From Candidatus Poribacteria bacterium (GTDB taxonomy: Bacteria; Poribacteria; WGA-4E; PCPOR2b), in the NCBI GenBank assembly GCA_965116925.1, contig OZ220744.1, positions 2,592,001-2,656,000 on the forward strand: DNA of 64,000 nt. The letters run 5' to 3'. Position 1 is the first letter of the stretch, and every line of letters begins with the position of its first letter. The translations under genes were made by a program, and so were the position numbers. The notes beneath the pieces were generated by a model, which was given only the letters and a program-made list of their open reading frames with translations, was not told the DNA's origin and did no database searches. Positions 50,745 through 59,717 of this stretch are shown here, piece after piece.

Positions 50745-50895
50745 TGTTGGTTCATTAGTGCATTGGTACATTAGTTCATTGGTTCATTGAACGGATACGG
50801 GCTACACATTGCATTTCGCAGTTCCGTAGTAGACACAAGGGTTACGGCACGCGGAGCGTGCCTACTACTTTACTCGCTTGTCTCCATTTCTTTTT

Positions 50896-51027
50896 GGCTC
50901 ATGTTAAGAAAGCGGGCAACAGCAACCGAGTTTTCGTAGGGTTTGGGTCACCCAACCCTTACTGAGGGCGGGGAAACCCCGCCCCTACGATTTCGTTTAT
51001 ATTTTGCACTTTCTTTTTATATGAGCC
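50896..51027. mobile_element. MITE family A copy
   Basis: GGCTCATGTTAAGAAAG...CTTTCTTTTTATATGAGCC; the REP cargo mirrors that of 2567-2698. Confidence 0.72.
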
Positions 51028-51070
51028 TCTTTTTTTTGTCTAAATCAGTATAACGGAGGAACGCAGCCAC

Positions 51071-53542
51071 GTGCCTCGACCGGCTCTCCGCACACTCGTT
51101 CCCTATCTACTCGGCGTTCTTATCGCAGGGTTCCTGCCTATCCCGCTCTTTTGGATCTGGTTGATTGGGCTGATCTGCCTTATCGGTGGTGTTGGATTCG
51201 CCTATCTGTGGAAGACGGCTGGGCGTACAGCGAGGATAGGGTGGGTGTTCTTGCTGGGGGCGATCTGTGCGTGTGGTATGCTCCGTTTGAAGGTGGTGCT
51301 GACTTCACCCATTCCCCCGGACTTTTATGATCAGCGGGTGTATTTCTCAGGGGAGATGGCGTATCAGCCAGAGCGTGGGGAGCGATGGGAGGCGGGTTAT
51401 GCAAACGGGACAATTCGACCGGTAGAAAACCCAGATCTGGCGGTGGACGCGAAGCTCCTGATCCGATTCCGTGAGCCGATCCCTTTGCGGTACGGCGACC
51501 GGATCGAGGTCCAAGGGGTGTTACGTCAGCCAAACGAGCAACGGAATCCGGGTGGCTTCAATTACCGTTTCTATCTCGCTCGTCGGGGGGTCTTTGGGAT
51601 TCTGTATCCGCAGTGGGATCAGGAGATTGTTCCGACAGATCGATCCGGCTTTCCTCTATTGCGTTGGACGGAGAAGTTGCGTCGGCGGGTTGAGGCTGTT
51701 ATTGATACGGTGTATCGCGAGAATCGGATTCACGCTCAGGTTCTCAAGGGGATGTTCCTTGGGCTGCGAAGCGAGCTTTCGCCCGATATCCTCGACGGAT
51801 TCCGTAATAGTGGAAGCATACATATCCTTGCTGTGTCGGGATTGCACGTTGGGCTGATTGCGACTGTCTGCTTTTTCGGTCTTTCGCTTTTGCGCCTGCC
51901 TCGAAAAGCCACCGACCTATTGACAATTGCCGCTGTGGTTCTCTACGCCTGCCTTGTCGGTTTTCGCCCATCTGTTTTCCGTGCGTCGCTGATGGCGGTT
52001 ATCTACCTGATCGCAAGGCTTATAGATCGAGATAAAGACCTGTTCAACCTGCTTGCGTTGGCTGCGTTGGTACTGCTATTGATTAACCCTGTACAACTGT
52101 GGGACATCGGTTTCCAACTCTCCTTTGCTGCTGTGGCGTCGATTGTTTATCTCGCGCCCAAGTGGGAGAGTTTTATCGCTCGCATCTTCGGATTGGACCG
52201 AACCGACTCAACAGTAAATCCCGATAGCGTGAAGCACCCTCGCTCTGTCTGGGGTAGGACAGCTTGGTGGTTGGCGATGGGGTTTGGGGTGACGCTATCC
52301 GCGCAAGTAGGTACGACGCTAATCAGCGCATGGCACTTCCATCGGGTTTACCCTATCGGACTCGTCGCGGGACTTTTTACCGTCGGACTCTCCGCACTTT
52401 TGGTCAATATTACATTGGTCTCGGTCTTACTCGGGTTAATCTGGCTACCCCTTGCCATACCGTTCGCGTATGCCAACCATCTGATTCTCTGGATTTTTCT
52501 GGGGTTGGTTGAGTTTTTTGGTCAATCGTGGACGGTCTTGAAGACGCCAACGCCAAGTTTCGGTTTTATCGTCCTTTATATCGCAGGCTGTTTCGCGGTT
52601 GTGCATTGGGTGTGGGTGTGGATGCGCCGCAAAAAGGCTATGGTGATTGGGTTAATGGTGCTGGCGATCTGGGTTTGGGACACCGCTTGGCGCGAGCGGG
52701 GCAGGCTGTTGGAGGTTACGTTCCTTGATGTCGGGCAGGGGGATGCGGCATTCGTCCGATTCCCTGACGGAAAGACGATGTTAGTCGATGGGGGGCTCAA
52801 TTCATCAAGGATTGAGGTAAATGAGGACGGAGTTGCGAGGCGGGTAGGTTATGACCATGGTGAGCGGACGCTTAATCCGTTCTTGTGCCACGAAGGTGTT
52901 TTTAGGCTCGACCTTCTCCTGTTGAGCCATCCGGATAATGACCACGGCGGTGGGTTTGCACACATTTTGGGTGAGTTTGGTGTCGAGCGGGTGCTAGGGA
53001 TACCGCATCAGGATTTGTCGAAGTCGACCCATCAGATTCTGCATGAGATTGTCGATGCGAAGGGTATTCCTCATGCACTCGGTTACGCCGGGTCAATTGA
53101 CCTGACCTCTACGGCGCGGTTGGAGTTGCTGCACCCGTTTGATGCAGCGTCAACAGATCTGCACGATGAAGATATCAACAACGATTCGCTTGTTCTGAAG
53201 TTGACGTATGGTAATGTGCGAATCTTGTTCACAGGGGATATCGGGCGGAAGGTTGAATTGCAACTGGTCGAATCGGGAAAGGATCTACAGTCAGAGATTG
53301 TTAAGGTGCCACATCACGGGAGCAAAACATCTAGCAGCGCGGAGTTCCTCGATGCCGTGCGCCCACAGTACGCAATCTTCTCGTTGGGGCAGCGGAATCG
53401 ATACCGCTTTCCATCTGCGGTAGTCCTCGAACGTTACCGTGAGCGGGGGTGTCATATATTGCGGACGGATCAACTTGGGGCGATTCGATTGCGGACTGAT
53501 GGACAGCGGTGTTGGGTTACACATCATGTGGAAGATTGGTGA
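51071..53542 (+). CDS. comEC: DNA internalisation competence protein ComEC/Rec2
   Basis: RNPGGFNY, HILAVSGLHVG, GFQLSF, FLDVGQGD, SHPDNDH, KVPHHGS, RTDQLGAI. Confidence 0.95.
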   Translation: MPRPALRTLVPYLLGVLIAGFLPIPLFWIWLIGLICLIGGVGFAYLWKTAGRTARIGWVFLLGAICACGMLRLKVVLTSPIPPDFYDQRVYFSGEMAYQPERGERWEAGYANGTIRPVENPDLAVDAKLLIRFREPIPLRYGDRIEVQGVLRQPNEQRNPGGFNYRFYLARRGVFGILYPQWDQEIVPTDRSGFPLLRWTEKLRRRVEAVIDTVYRENRIHAQVLKGMFLGLRSELSPDILDGFRNSGSIHILAVSGLHVGLIATVCFFGLSLLRLPRKATDLLTIAAVVLYACLVGFRPSVFRASLMAVIYLIARLIDRDKDLFNLLALAALVLLLINPVQLWDIGFQLSFAAVASIVYLAPKWESFIARIFGLDRTDSTVNPDSVKHPRSVWGRTAWWLAMGFGVTLSAQVGTTLISAWHFHRVYPIGLVAGLFTVGLSALLVNITLVSVLLGLIWLPLAIPFAYANHLILWIFLGLVEFFGQSWTVLKTPTPSFGFIVLYIAGCFAVVHWVWVWMRRKKAMVIGLMVLAIWVWDTAWRERGRLLEVTFLDVGQGDAAFVRFPDGKTMLVDGGLNSSRIEVNEDGVARRVGYDHGERTLNPFLCHEGVFRLDLLLLSHPDNDHGGGFAHILGEFGVERVLGIPHQDLSKSTHQILHEIVDAKGIPHALGYAGSIDLTSTARLELLHPFDAASTDLHDEDINNDSLVLKLTYGNVRILFTGDIGRKVELQLVESGKDLQSEIVKVPHHGSKTSSSAEFLDAVRPQYAIFSLGQRNRYRFPSAVVLERYRERGCHILRTDQLGAIRLRTDGQRCWVTHHVEDW

Positions 53543-53735
53543 GGATAGCAGTCCCAGAATCTCCTTGCAATACGGTGCGGTTTGTGATACTATCGCAGCT
53601 TGGTATTTGAAACCGAGTTTTTTCTTCAAAACTCGGTTTCTTTGCACTGTTTCTTAACATGTGTGCCCAACTTTATCGTCTCAAGGTAGTAGCGGTTATC
53701 GGTAACGATACGACGACGATTGTGGAGGTATCGGT

Positions 53736-55130
53736 ATGAGCCTGAAAATACGCTTAAAAAATCTTGGCATCCTAAAACATGCGGAATTTTCGCTCGGAGA
53801 TTTGACCCTTATCTGCGGCGAAAATAACACAGGCAAAACCTATGCAGCTTATGCACTACATGGCTTCTTGCAATTGTGGCGTGGGCTAATTGATTTTGGG
53901 GTAAGTGGTGCCCAAGTCCGAAGGTTACTAACAGATGGGCGCATCAAAATCGGATTGGCAGGATACGTCGAAAAGGCGGACCGGCTGCTCGCAGCGGCGT
54001 GTAAACTATATACCGAGCAACTCGACGATGTTTTTGCAGTAACTGAAGGTCGGTTTCGTAACAGCGAATTTCACCTCCAGACAGAAGCAAGTAATGTACG
54101 CGATAAAGAATTCACACACGAAATAGGAATCATCTTCGCGAAGTTTATGGCATATTCAAAGAAAAGGGGTAGTGAGGATGTCACAGTGAATTTGGTGATG
54201 GACAAAGAGATTGCACAACAAATCGATCCTGATTTTGTAAAGGGGACTATTAACTTTATTATCGGTCGCTCCATTTTTTACGACTCTTTTCCCCTCCCTT
54301 TTATTTCTGCAGCCGAACGCACTGGTGCTGCTGTTTTTCGCAGAGAACTCAATTTTGATGGGAACCGCCGGCTTGAGAGAATAGGGCTAGCCAACGAACA
54401 GACTGACCCTCAAGATCTACTGTTCGATTCTTACCAATTTTACCCGCTGCCAATAGAGGAGAATGTGGATTTTATACACCAGCTTGAAGATATTCAGCCA
54501 GGGAAAAGTTTCATAGCCAGAGAACACCCTGAGGTATTGAAAGACTTCGATGACATTATCGGTGGCAAGTGCACCATAACACAAGATGGCGAGCTCTGCT
54601 ATGTCCCCAAAGGGACGCGATTCAAATTGGCGATGGTTGAAAGTTCAAGTGCGGTGCGTTCACTTGTGGATCTCGGTTTTTATCTGCGCCATGTTGTCGA
54701 AAAAGGGAACCTGCTCATGGTAGATGCGCCAGAATTAAGCCTGCATCCGGCAAACCAGCGTCGTATTGCCAGGCTTTTTGCACGTCTGGTGAATTTGGGC
54801 GTTAAGGTCTTTATCACCACCCACAGCGATTACATCGTCAAAGAGTTAAACACCCTTATCATGCTCAATCACGATAAGCCACACCTGAAAAGAATCGCCG
54901 AAGAGAACGGCTATCAGCAATCTGAGTTAATCTGTTCAGATCAGGTCAAGGTCTATATGACTCAAGAGGAATTACTGCCGTTAGAGGAGGGACAAAAGAG
55001 ACGCAGAAGAGGACTCACACTTGTGGCGGCGGACGTTGATCCGGTGCTTGGCATTGAAGCGCCCAGCTTTGATGATACCATCAATGAGATGAACAGAATT
55101 CAAGCGGACATTGTGTGGGGTGCGGAGTGA
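53736..55130 (+). CDS. ABC/SMC-type AAA ATPase (AAA_15/AAA_21-like)
   Basis: Walker A GENNTGKT, SSAVRSL signature, Walker B LMVDAPE.SLHP, ITTHS. Confidence 0.85.
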   Translation: MSLKIRLKNLGILKHAEFSLGDLTLICGENNTGKTYAAYALHGFLQLWRGLIDFGVSGAQVRRLLTDGRIKIGLAGYVEKADRLLAAACKLYTEQLDDVFAVTEGRFRNSEFHLQTEASNVRDKEFTHEIGIIFAKFMAYSKKRGSEDVTVNLVMDKEIAQQIDPDFVKGTINFIIGRSIFYDSFPLPFISAAERTGAAVFRRELNFDGNRRLERIGLANEQTDPQDLLFDSYQFYPLPIEENVDFIHQLEDIQPGKSFIAREHPEVLKDFDDIIGGKCTITQDGELCYVPKGTRFKLAMVESSSAVRSLVDLGFYLRHVVEKGNLLMVDAPELSLHPANQRRIARLFARLVNLGVKVFITTHSDYIVKELNTLIMLNHDKPHLKRIAEENGYQQSELICSDQVKVYMTQEELLPLEEGQKRRRRGLTLVAADVDPVLGIEAPSFDDTINEMNRIQADIVWGAE

Positions 55131-55193
55131 GATATTGAGAGAAATGCTCGTCCGCTATACCCATTTTAGCAAATTTATTTAGAGGATATCCTA

Positions 55194-55271
55194 ATGGCAC
55201 TACACCCCAATTTTCCCGAATCACCGCACGAAATTATCGAGCCGTCAGTACGCTGGTTTCCAACGTCGTAG
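55194..55271 (+). pseudogene. 5' remnant resembling a type III restriction Res/DEAD helicase N-terminus
   Basis: GAGG then MALHPNFPESPHEIIEPSVRWFP; stop supplied by the GTAG of the 101-nt element; family assignment is from memory. Confidence 0.55.
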
Positions 55272-55368
55272 ATTGGGTTGAACGGTTGAAAGTACGCGGC
55301 TATTAACCATAGTAGCGTCTCTGCCTTTCAACACAACGTTTCTACAGATAGTGAAAGTGAAACCCAAC
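55268..55368 (+). repeat. 101-nt GTAG-headed element
   Basis: Same ends and length as 2269-2369. Confidence 0.8.
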
Positions 55369-55590
55369 ATTCACCTGTTACAACGCCGCAAAATGAGCTA
55401 AGCAACGCTAGGCTAACGCAAGCTAATGCCCCGTGGAAACCGGAAAAGGAGCACCGACAACTGAAATCTCAGGCAGCGAGCGCATTCAACGCCACGTATG
55501 CCAGTCTAGAACCAACAATTTTCTCCTTTAGGGAAAAAAACAGATTTCATCTGTTCCGAAAGCATCAGAACTTACGCACTTCAGCGTTTA

Positions 55591-55840
55591 GACCTGACAG
55601 GGCCCTGCCAAATCCCTGACATTTGGCTTGGTTATGGCGATATTTCAGCGAAAAACGGTTCATAAATAGTGCGTATTTGGCAGGTCAAAAAGCCGTCTAG
55701 GCGCCCCTTCTCTGGCGTGGTAAAAATCTACAAACGCTCTGAAGCTAGGCCCCATCAGGGTTCAGAGAGACATTGGCTAATGATGAACCCCCGATGTGAG
55801 GTTGAAATTTTTTTGGGACCTGCCAGGGCCCTGCCAAATC
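55591..55840. repeat. 24-bp direct repeat pair with an internal inverted partial copy
   Basis: GACCTG(A/C)CAGGGCCCTGCCAAATC at 55591-55614 and 55817-55840; ATTTGGCAGGTC at 55675-55686. Confidence 0.8.
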
Positions 55841-55954
55841 TGTGAATCGTACGGGTGTGGGGTGTAAATAGCCATACCGATTTTCTTCATTAGTGTTATG
55901 CTCATTTAGGGGTAATCCTGTTAATCCTTTAATCCAGAGAATCCTGATTCAGAC

Positions 55955-56429
55955 AGGCAGCACCACAACACGGGCGGAAGTCCCATCAACCTTTGAAGTA
56001 TTCGTTGATTACATTGAGCGAGGCAAACATATCACCGTAGGGGCGATTGAGATTTTAAGCCGTGCTAACCGAGACAGTTTTGTTGCCAAGTGCGAAAACC
56101 TGATAGCCAGAAATGTTTCATTGATTATTGTTGATGTCCTTGAACTGCCTTTTTTTAACCTGCACAATCAATTGCTTCGGGCGGTTAAAGCGACAGCAGG
56201 GTATATAGAGGAGAATCCAGAAAATCCACTTTATTGTGCTGCCTACCGAAAGCAGCCTCATGGCGAATCCAACTTGGGGATAGTGGACATCTGGCATAGC
56301 CCCTTAAAAATCGGAGATACGTTGCCGGAGCTGCCGTTGTATATTACCTCCGAAGTTGCAGTGCCTGTAAATTTTGAGGAATCCTATATGAAGGTTTGCA
56401 AAGTTTTCAGAATATTATCCACCCAATAA
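55955..56429 (+). pseudogene. N-terminally truncated DUF4058-like (PD-(D/E)XK-like) protein
   Basis: AIEILSRAN..FVAKC..L...VSLIIVDV, LYCAAYR, L.IGDTLPELPL...VPVNFEESY; the 5' part of the ORF is an AATCCTG repeat and there is no good start. Confidence 0.6.
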
Positions 56430-56448
56430 AAACAAAGCGGAGAAAATC

Positions 56449-57705
56449 ATGGCTCAATCGAGTTCAAAACTTATTTTGGCAGGTCTATTGGCAGACGGTC
56501 TTGGTGGGGAATCCATAGCGGATCAGGCGATTCTGGTGACAGGCGATCGTATCGCTGCGGTCGGACCGCGGCGGGAGATTCGACGGCAGGCACCGCGCGA
56601 TGCCGAACAGATCGACTTGAGTCGTACCTGTGTGACTCCCGGTCTGATTGATGGGCATACCCATCTGAGTCTGGCGGGGGATGGACGCAGTTATGTTGAG
56701 ATGTTCTCTGAAACCGATGAGATGATGGTGCTCACCGGGGCGATGAATCTACAGCGTCATCTCGCTGCCGGCATCACGACCATCCGAGAGCACGGTGCGC
56801 GAAATCGAGTGGGATTTACGATCAAGGAGGGACTGCAACGCGGGTATATTCCGGGACCACGTATGCTTGTGAGTGGACGCCCCATTACCTGTACCGGCGG
56901 ACATTTTCACATGTGCAATGAGGTCGCTGACGGCGAAGCAGAGGTGCGTCGTTCCGTCCGCCGCTTGGTGCATGAAGGCGCGGACTACATCAAGATTATG
57001 GCTTCCGGCGGCGGCACGGCAGGCACGATTCCCGGACGTGCAAGTTATACGGTTGAAGAGCTTCACGCCATTGTCCACGAGGCGCACCACTTTCATCGTT
57101 TGACGGCAGCACACTGTCGCGCGAAGGAATCAATGGTGCGAGCGGTTGAAGCGGGAATTGACCTGATGGAACATGCGGAATTTCTGGACCCAGATGACCA
57201 ACTGCGTTTCGATCCGAAGGTCGCTGAGATGATGGCGGAATCGGGTATCTGGATCAGTCCAACGCTTCAGGCGTGGACGGGGTATCCTGCGATTGTTAGG
57301 CTCACAGCGGAACGGGATGCGGGTACGATTACTCCTGAAGGTGAAGCGGAATTGGATCGACTTGAAGAGCGGGCGGAGGTGCGGTTAGATGTGATGCGGC
57401 GCATGTTGGACTACGGAATGCGGGATCGAATCGTGCCGGGGACGGACTCCGGGGTGGGGGATCTCGCTTTTGGACATCTGGATTACGATTTGCAGTTGTT
57501 GGTGCGTGTTGGGTTTACGCCTGCGGAGGCACTTGTTTCTGCCACCAGTATCTCTGCAGAGGCGATCGGCATGGGGGATGAAATCGGCGTTATTGCGCCG
57601 GGTAGGGTTGCGGATCTTGCTGCTTTCGATGGTGATCCAACGATTGATGTTTCAGCTTTCAGTCGTGTTGTGGCGGTGTTCCAGGGCGGTCAAAGGGTTC
57701 GTTAG
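56449..57705 (+). CDS. Metal-dependent amidohydrolase
   Basis: PGLIDGHTHL, GADYIKIMASGG, AAHC, EHAE, PGTDSG, PGRVADL. Confidence 0.92.
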   Translation: MAQSSSKLILAGLLADGLGGESIADQAILVTGDRIAAVGPRREIRRQAPRDAEQIDLSRTCVTPGLIDGHTHLSLAGDGRSYVEMFSETDEMMVLTGAMNLQRHLAAGITTIREHGARNRVGFTIKEGLQRGYIPGPRMLVSGRPITCTGGHFHMCNEVADGEAEVRRSVRRLVHEGADYIKIMASGGGTAGTIPGRASYTVEELHAIVHEAHHFHRLTAAHCRAKESMVRAVEAGIDLMEHAEFLDPDDQLRFDPKVAEMMAESGIWISPTLQAWTGYPAIVRLTAERDAGTITPEGEAELDRLEERAEVRLDVMRRMLDYGMRDRIVPGTDSGVGDLAFGHLDYDLQLLVRVGFTPAEALVSATSISAEAIGMGDEIGVIAPGRVADLAAFDGDPTIDVSAFSRVVAVFQGGQRVR

Positions 57706-57744
57706 AACCTTGGTTCACTAGTTCATTAGTTGATTGATTCATTA

Positions 57745-58016
57745 TAGTGAGTTCAAAAAATAAATAGACACTTTCGCCCCCTTGCTTGGTAGGCGCTGTT
57801 TCCAACTGCGCCGATTTGGCGTGTCTCATTAATTCTAAAATCTACTAGGACTTGCACAGTTGAACACTCAGATACCTGTAGTTCGGCGATTTATCGCCGC
57901 AAGACACTATCTCCAACGCCCGATGAATCGGGCAACTACAGCAGAGGCTCCATAAGGAGTCCGTAGGGAACGCAGATCTGCGTTCCCTACTGAAGTGCGT
58001 AACTCCTAATCTACTA
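57745..58016. mobile_element. MITE family B copy with a nested MITE family C (57846-58008)
   Basis: TAGGACTT...AACTCCTA inserted in the right TIR of B with ATCTAC duplicated (57840-57845, 58009-58014). Confidence 0.7.
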
Positions 58017-58166
58017 TAAATTGGCGAACACTATATATCGCACTCTTCATGCAGAGATTACGGCATACGGAGTATGCCTACTACCATAGAAATGGCGAAT
58101 ATCTTGCAATCTAATTCCATTGTTAAATCAGGCTTTGATTCTGGACGCATAAAACGATAGGAGAAA

Positions 58167-59333
58167 TTGGAGATGGCGAGTCAACCGATAGTCACGACTG
58201 AACAGTGGTTTACCGAGGGCTGGAAACTGTACAAACGGCATCCGGTCACCTTTTTCTTTGCGAGTTTGCTTGGCGCGTTAATTTGTATACCGCCGGCTTT
58301 TCTGTTTTTCGCTGCTCCGCTGTATGCCGGTTTGTATTATATGGCGTTGAAAGCGATGCGTGGAGAAAAAGCGCGGATTCGTGATATTTTTAAGGGATTT
58401 CGCCGATATTGGGGTGCGCTATTCCTATGGTGGTTATCCCTGATCGCATTTATTGTGCTGGCTACAACGGCGATTGGCATCTTGGTAACGCCACTGCTCT
58501 GGGCGATTTCAATGTTGGCATTTCCGTTGTTAATAGATGAACGGAAAGGTGTTGGTGCTGCCTTTGGTGCCGCGTTCAAAGCAGTGTTTACATGGAAGAA
58601 CTGCGCGCGATTCTGGCTATATGGATTGGTTGTGCCCCTTGTCTCATTTCTTGGCGTTTTGGGGTTCTTTTTCGGTCTGTTTATTACCGTTCCGCTTGCC
58701 GTTTGTGTTCAGGTGATTGCCTATCGCGATATATTCAAGCCGGAGGAAGCCTTCCAACAGGAAGTGCTTGAACCGTGGCAAGACTACCCCTTCAAACTCA
58801 AGGCGAGATATATTGGACCTGTCTCGCGAATTCGTGACATTCGCGACCAAATTTTTGAACAGATTCATTCCGCCGACGATAGTGTTAAATCGCTGCTGGA
58901 AGGTTCGATCGAGCATATCGACAATGTTTTTGAGAAAGCTGCCCATCTCAGTCACCGCCTACAACAGATTGACGACTACTTAGAAACAACGAATATGCAA
59001 ATACTGCATAATGAAAAAACAGAAATCACGAGAAAGTTAGCGGAATCGCCAAACGCTGCGGTGTATGCTCAGTATGAGGAGGCATTACAGACACTTGAAG
59101 AACAGATTGAAAATCATGGGCGGCTTGAGGAATTAAGGGAGCAGATCAATGCCCGGTTAATGACGATTCGTGTGTCGCTTGACAACGCCCATGCTAAAAT
59201 CATTCGGATCCGGACAACAGACATAAGTAATGCTCACCTTGAGAGTGATGACGTTTCTAGAGCCTTGAAGGACTTACAAATTGAGATGGATGCGTTATTG
59301 AAGAGCCTAGATGAGATGTCGGAGGCAGCTTGA
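58167..59333 (+). CDS. Hypothetical protein: multi-pass membrane domain plus C-terminal coiled coil
   Basis: Hydrophobic N-half (EGWKLYK, DIFKGF, AYRDIF), charged helical C-half; SD AGGAG. Confidence 0.8.
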   Translation: MEMASQPIVTTEQWFTEGWKLYKRHPVTFFFASLLGALICIPPAFLFFAAPLYAGLYYMALKAMRGEKARIRDIFKGFRRYWGALFLWWLSLIAFIVLATTAIGILVTPLLWAISMLAFPLLIDERKGVGAAFGAAFKAVFTWKNCARFWLYGLVVPLVSFLGVLGFFFGLFITVPLAVCVQVIAYRDIFKPEEAFQQEVLEPWQDYPFKLKARYIGPVSRIRDIRDQIFEQIHSADDSVKSLLEGSIEHIDNVFEKAAHLSHRLQQIDDYLETTNMQILHNEKTEITRKLAESPNAAVYAQYEEALQTLEEQIENHGRLEELREQINARLMTIRVSLDNAHAKIIRIRTTDISNAHLESDDVSRALKDLQIEMDALLKSLDEMSEAA

Positions 59334-59349
59334 CGGGATACTTCAATTA

Positions 59350-59661
59350 TAGTGAATTCAAAAAATATAGTAGACTCAACAATTAACAATACATACTATG
59401 GTGAATTCTACGGTGAATTCTAAAAACAAATAGACATTAATAGTAGTAGGCACACTCCGTGTGCCGTAACTCCGCGAACCCCAATCTATCAGGGCCCGTT
59501 CATAGTGTCTCGTTAATTCTAAGATCCACTATAAATAGACACTTTCGCCCCCCGGTAGGTGCGGTTTTTAACCGCACCGCATCGGCACAGTTGGAAACAG
59601 TGCCTACCAAACGGGAGCGGCAGATGGAGCGCTTGATGGGCGGGGATACCCCGCGCCTACG
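59350..59661. repeat. Compound cluster of MITE-B ends and REP palindromes
   Basis: Three GTGAATTC ends, GTAGTAGGCACACTCCGTGTGCC, GTAGGTGCGG..., GGGCGGGGATACCCCGCGCCTAC. Confidence 0.7.
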
Positions 59662-59717
59662 AGAAAACTGATGGATTTTTCATAGATGGCAACTTGGGCG
59701 ATATTAGGAGAGAAAGT

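Noticed and set aside
55425..55486. Glycine riboswitch-like words (GGAGCA...TCTCAGG)
   Set aside because: GGAGA and CCGAAG elements and stems are not convincingly present and no suitable downstream gene; an Infernal search against the Rfam glycine model would settle it
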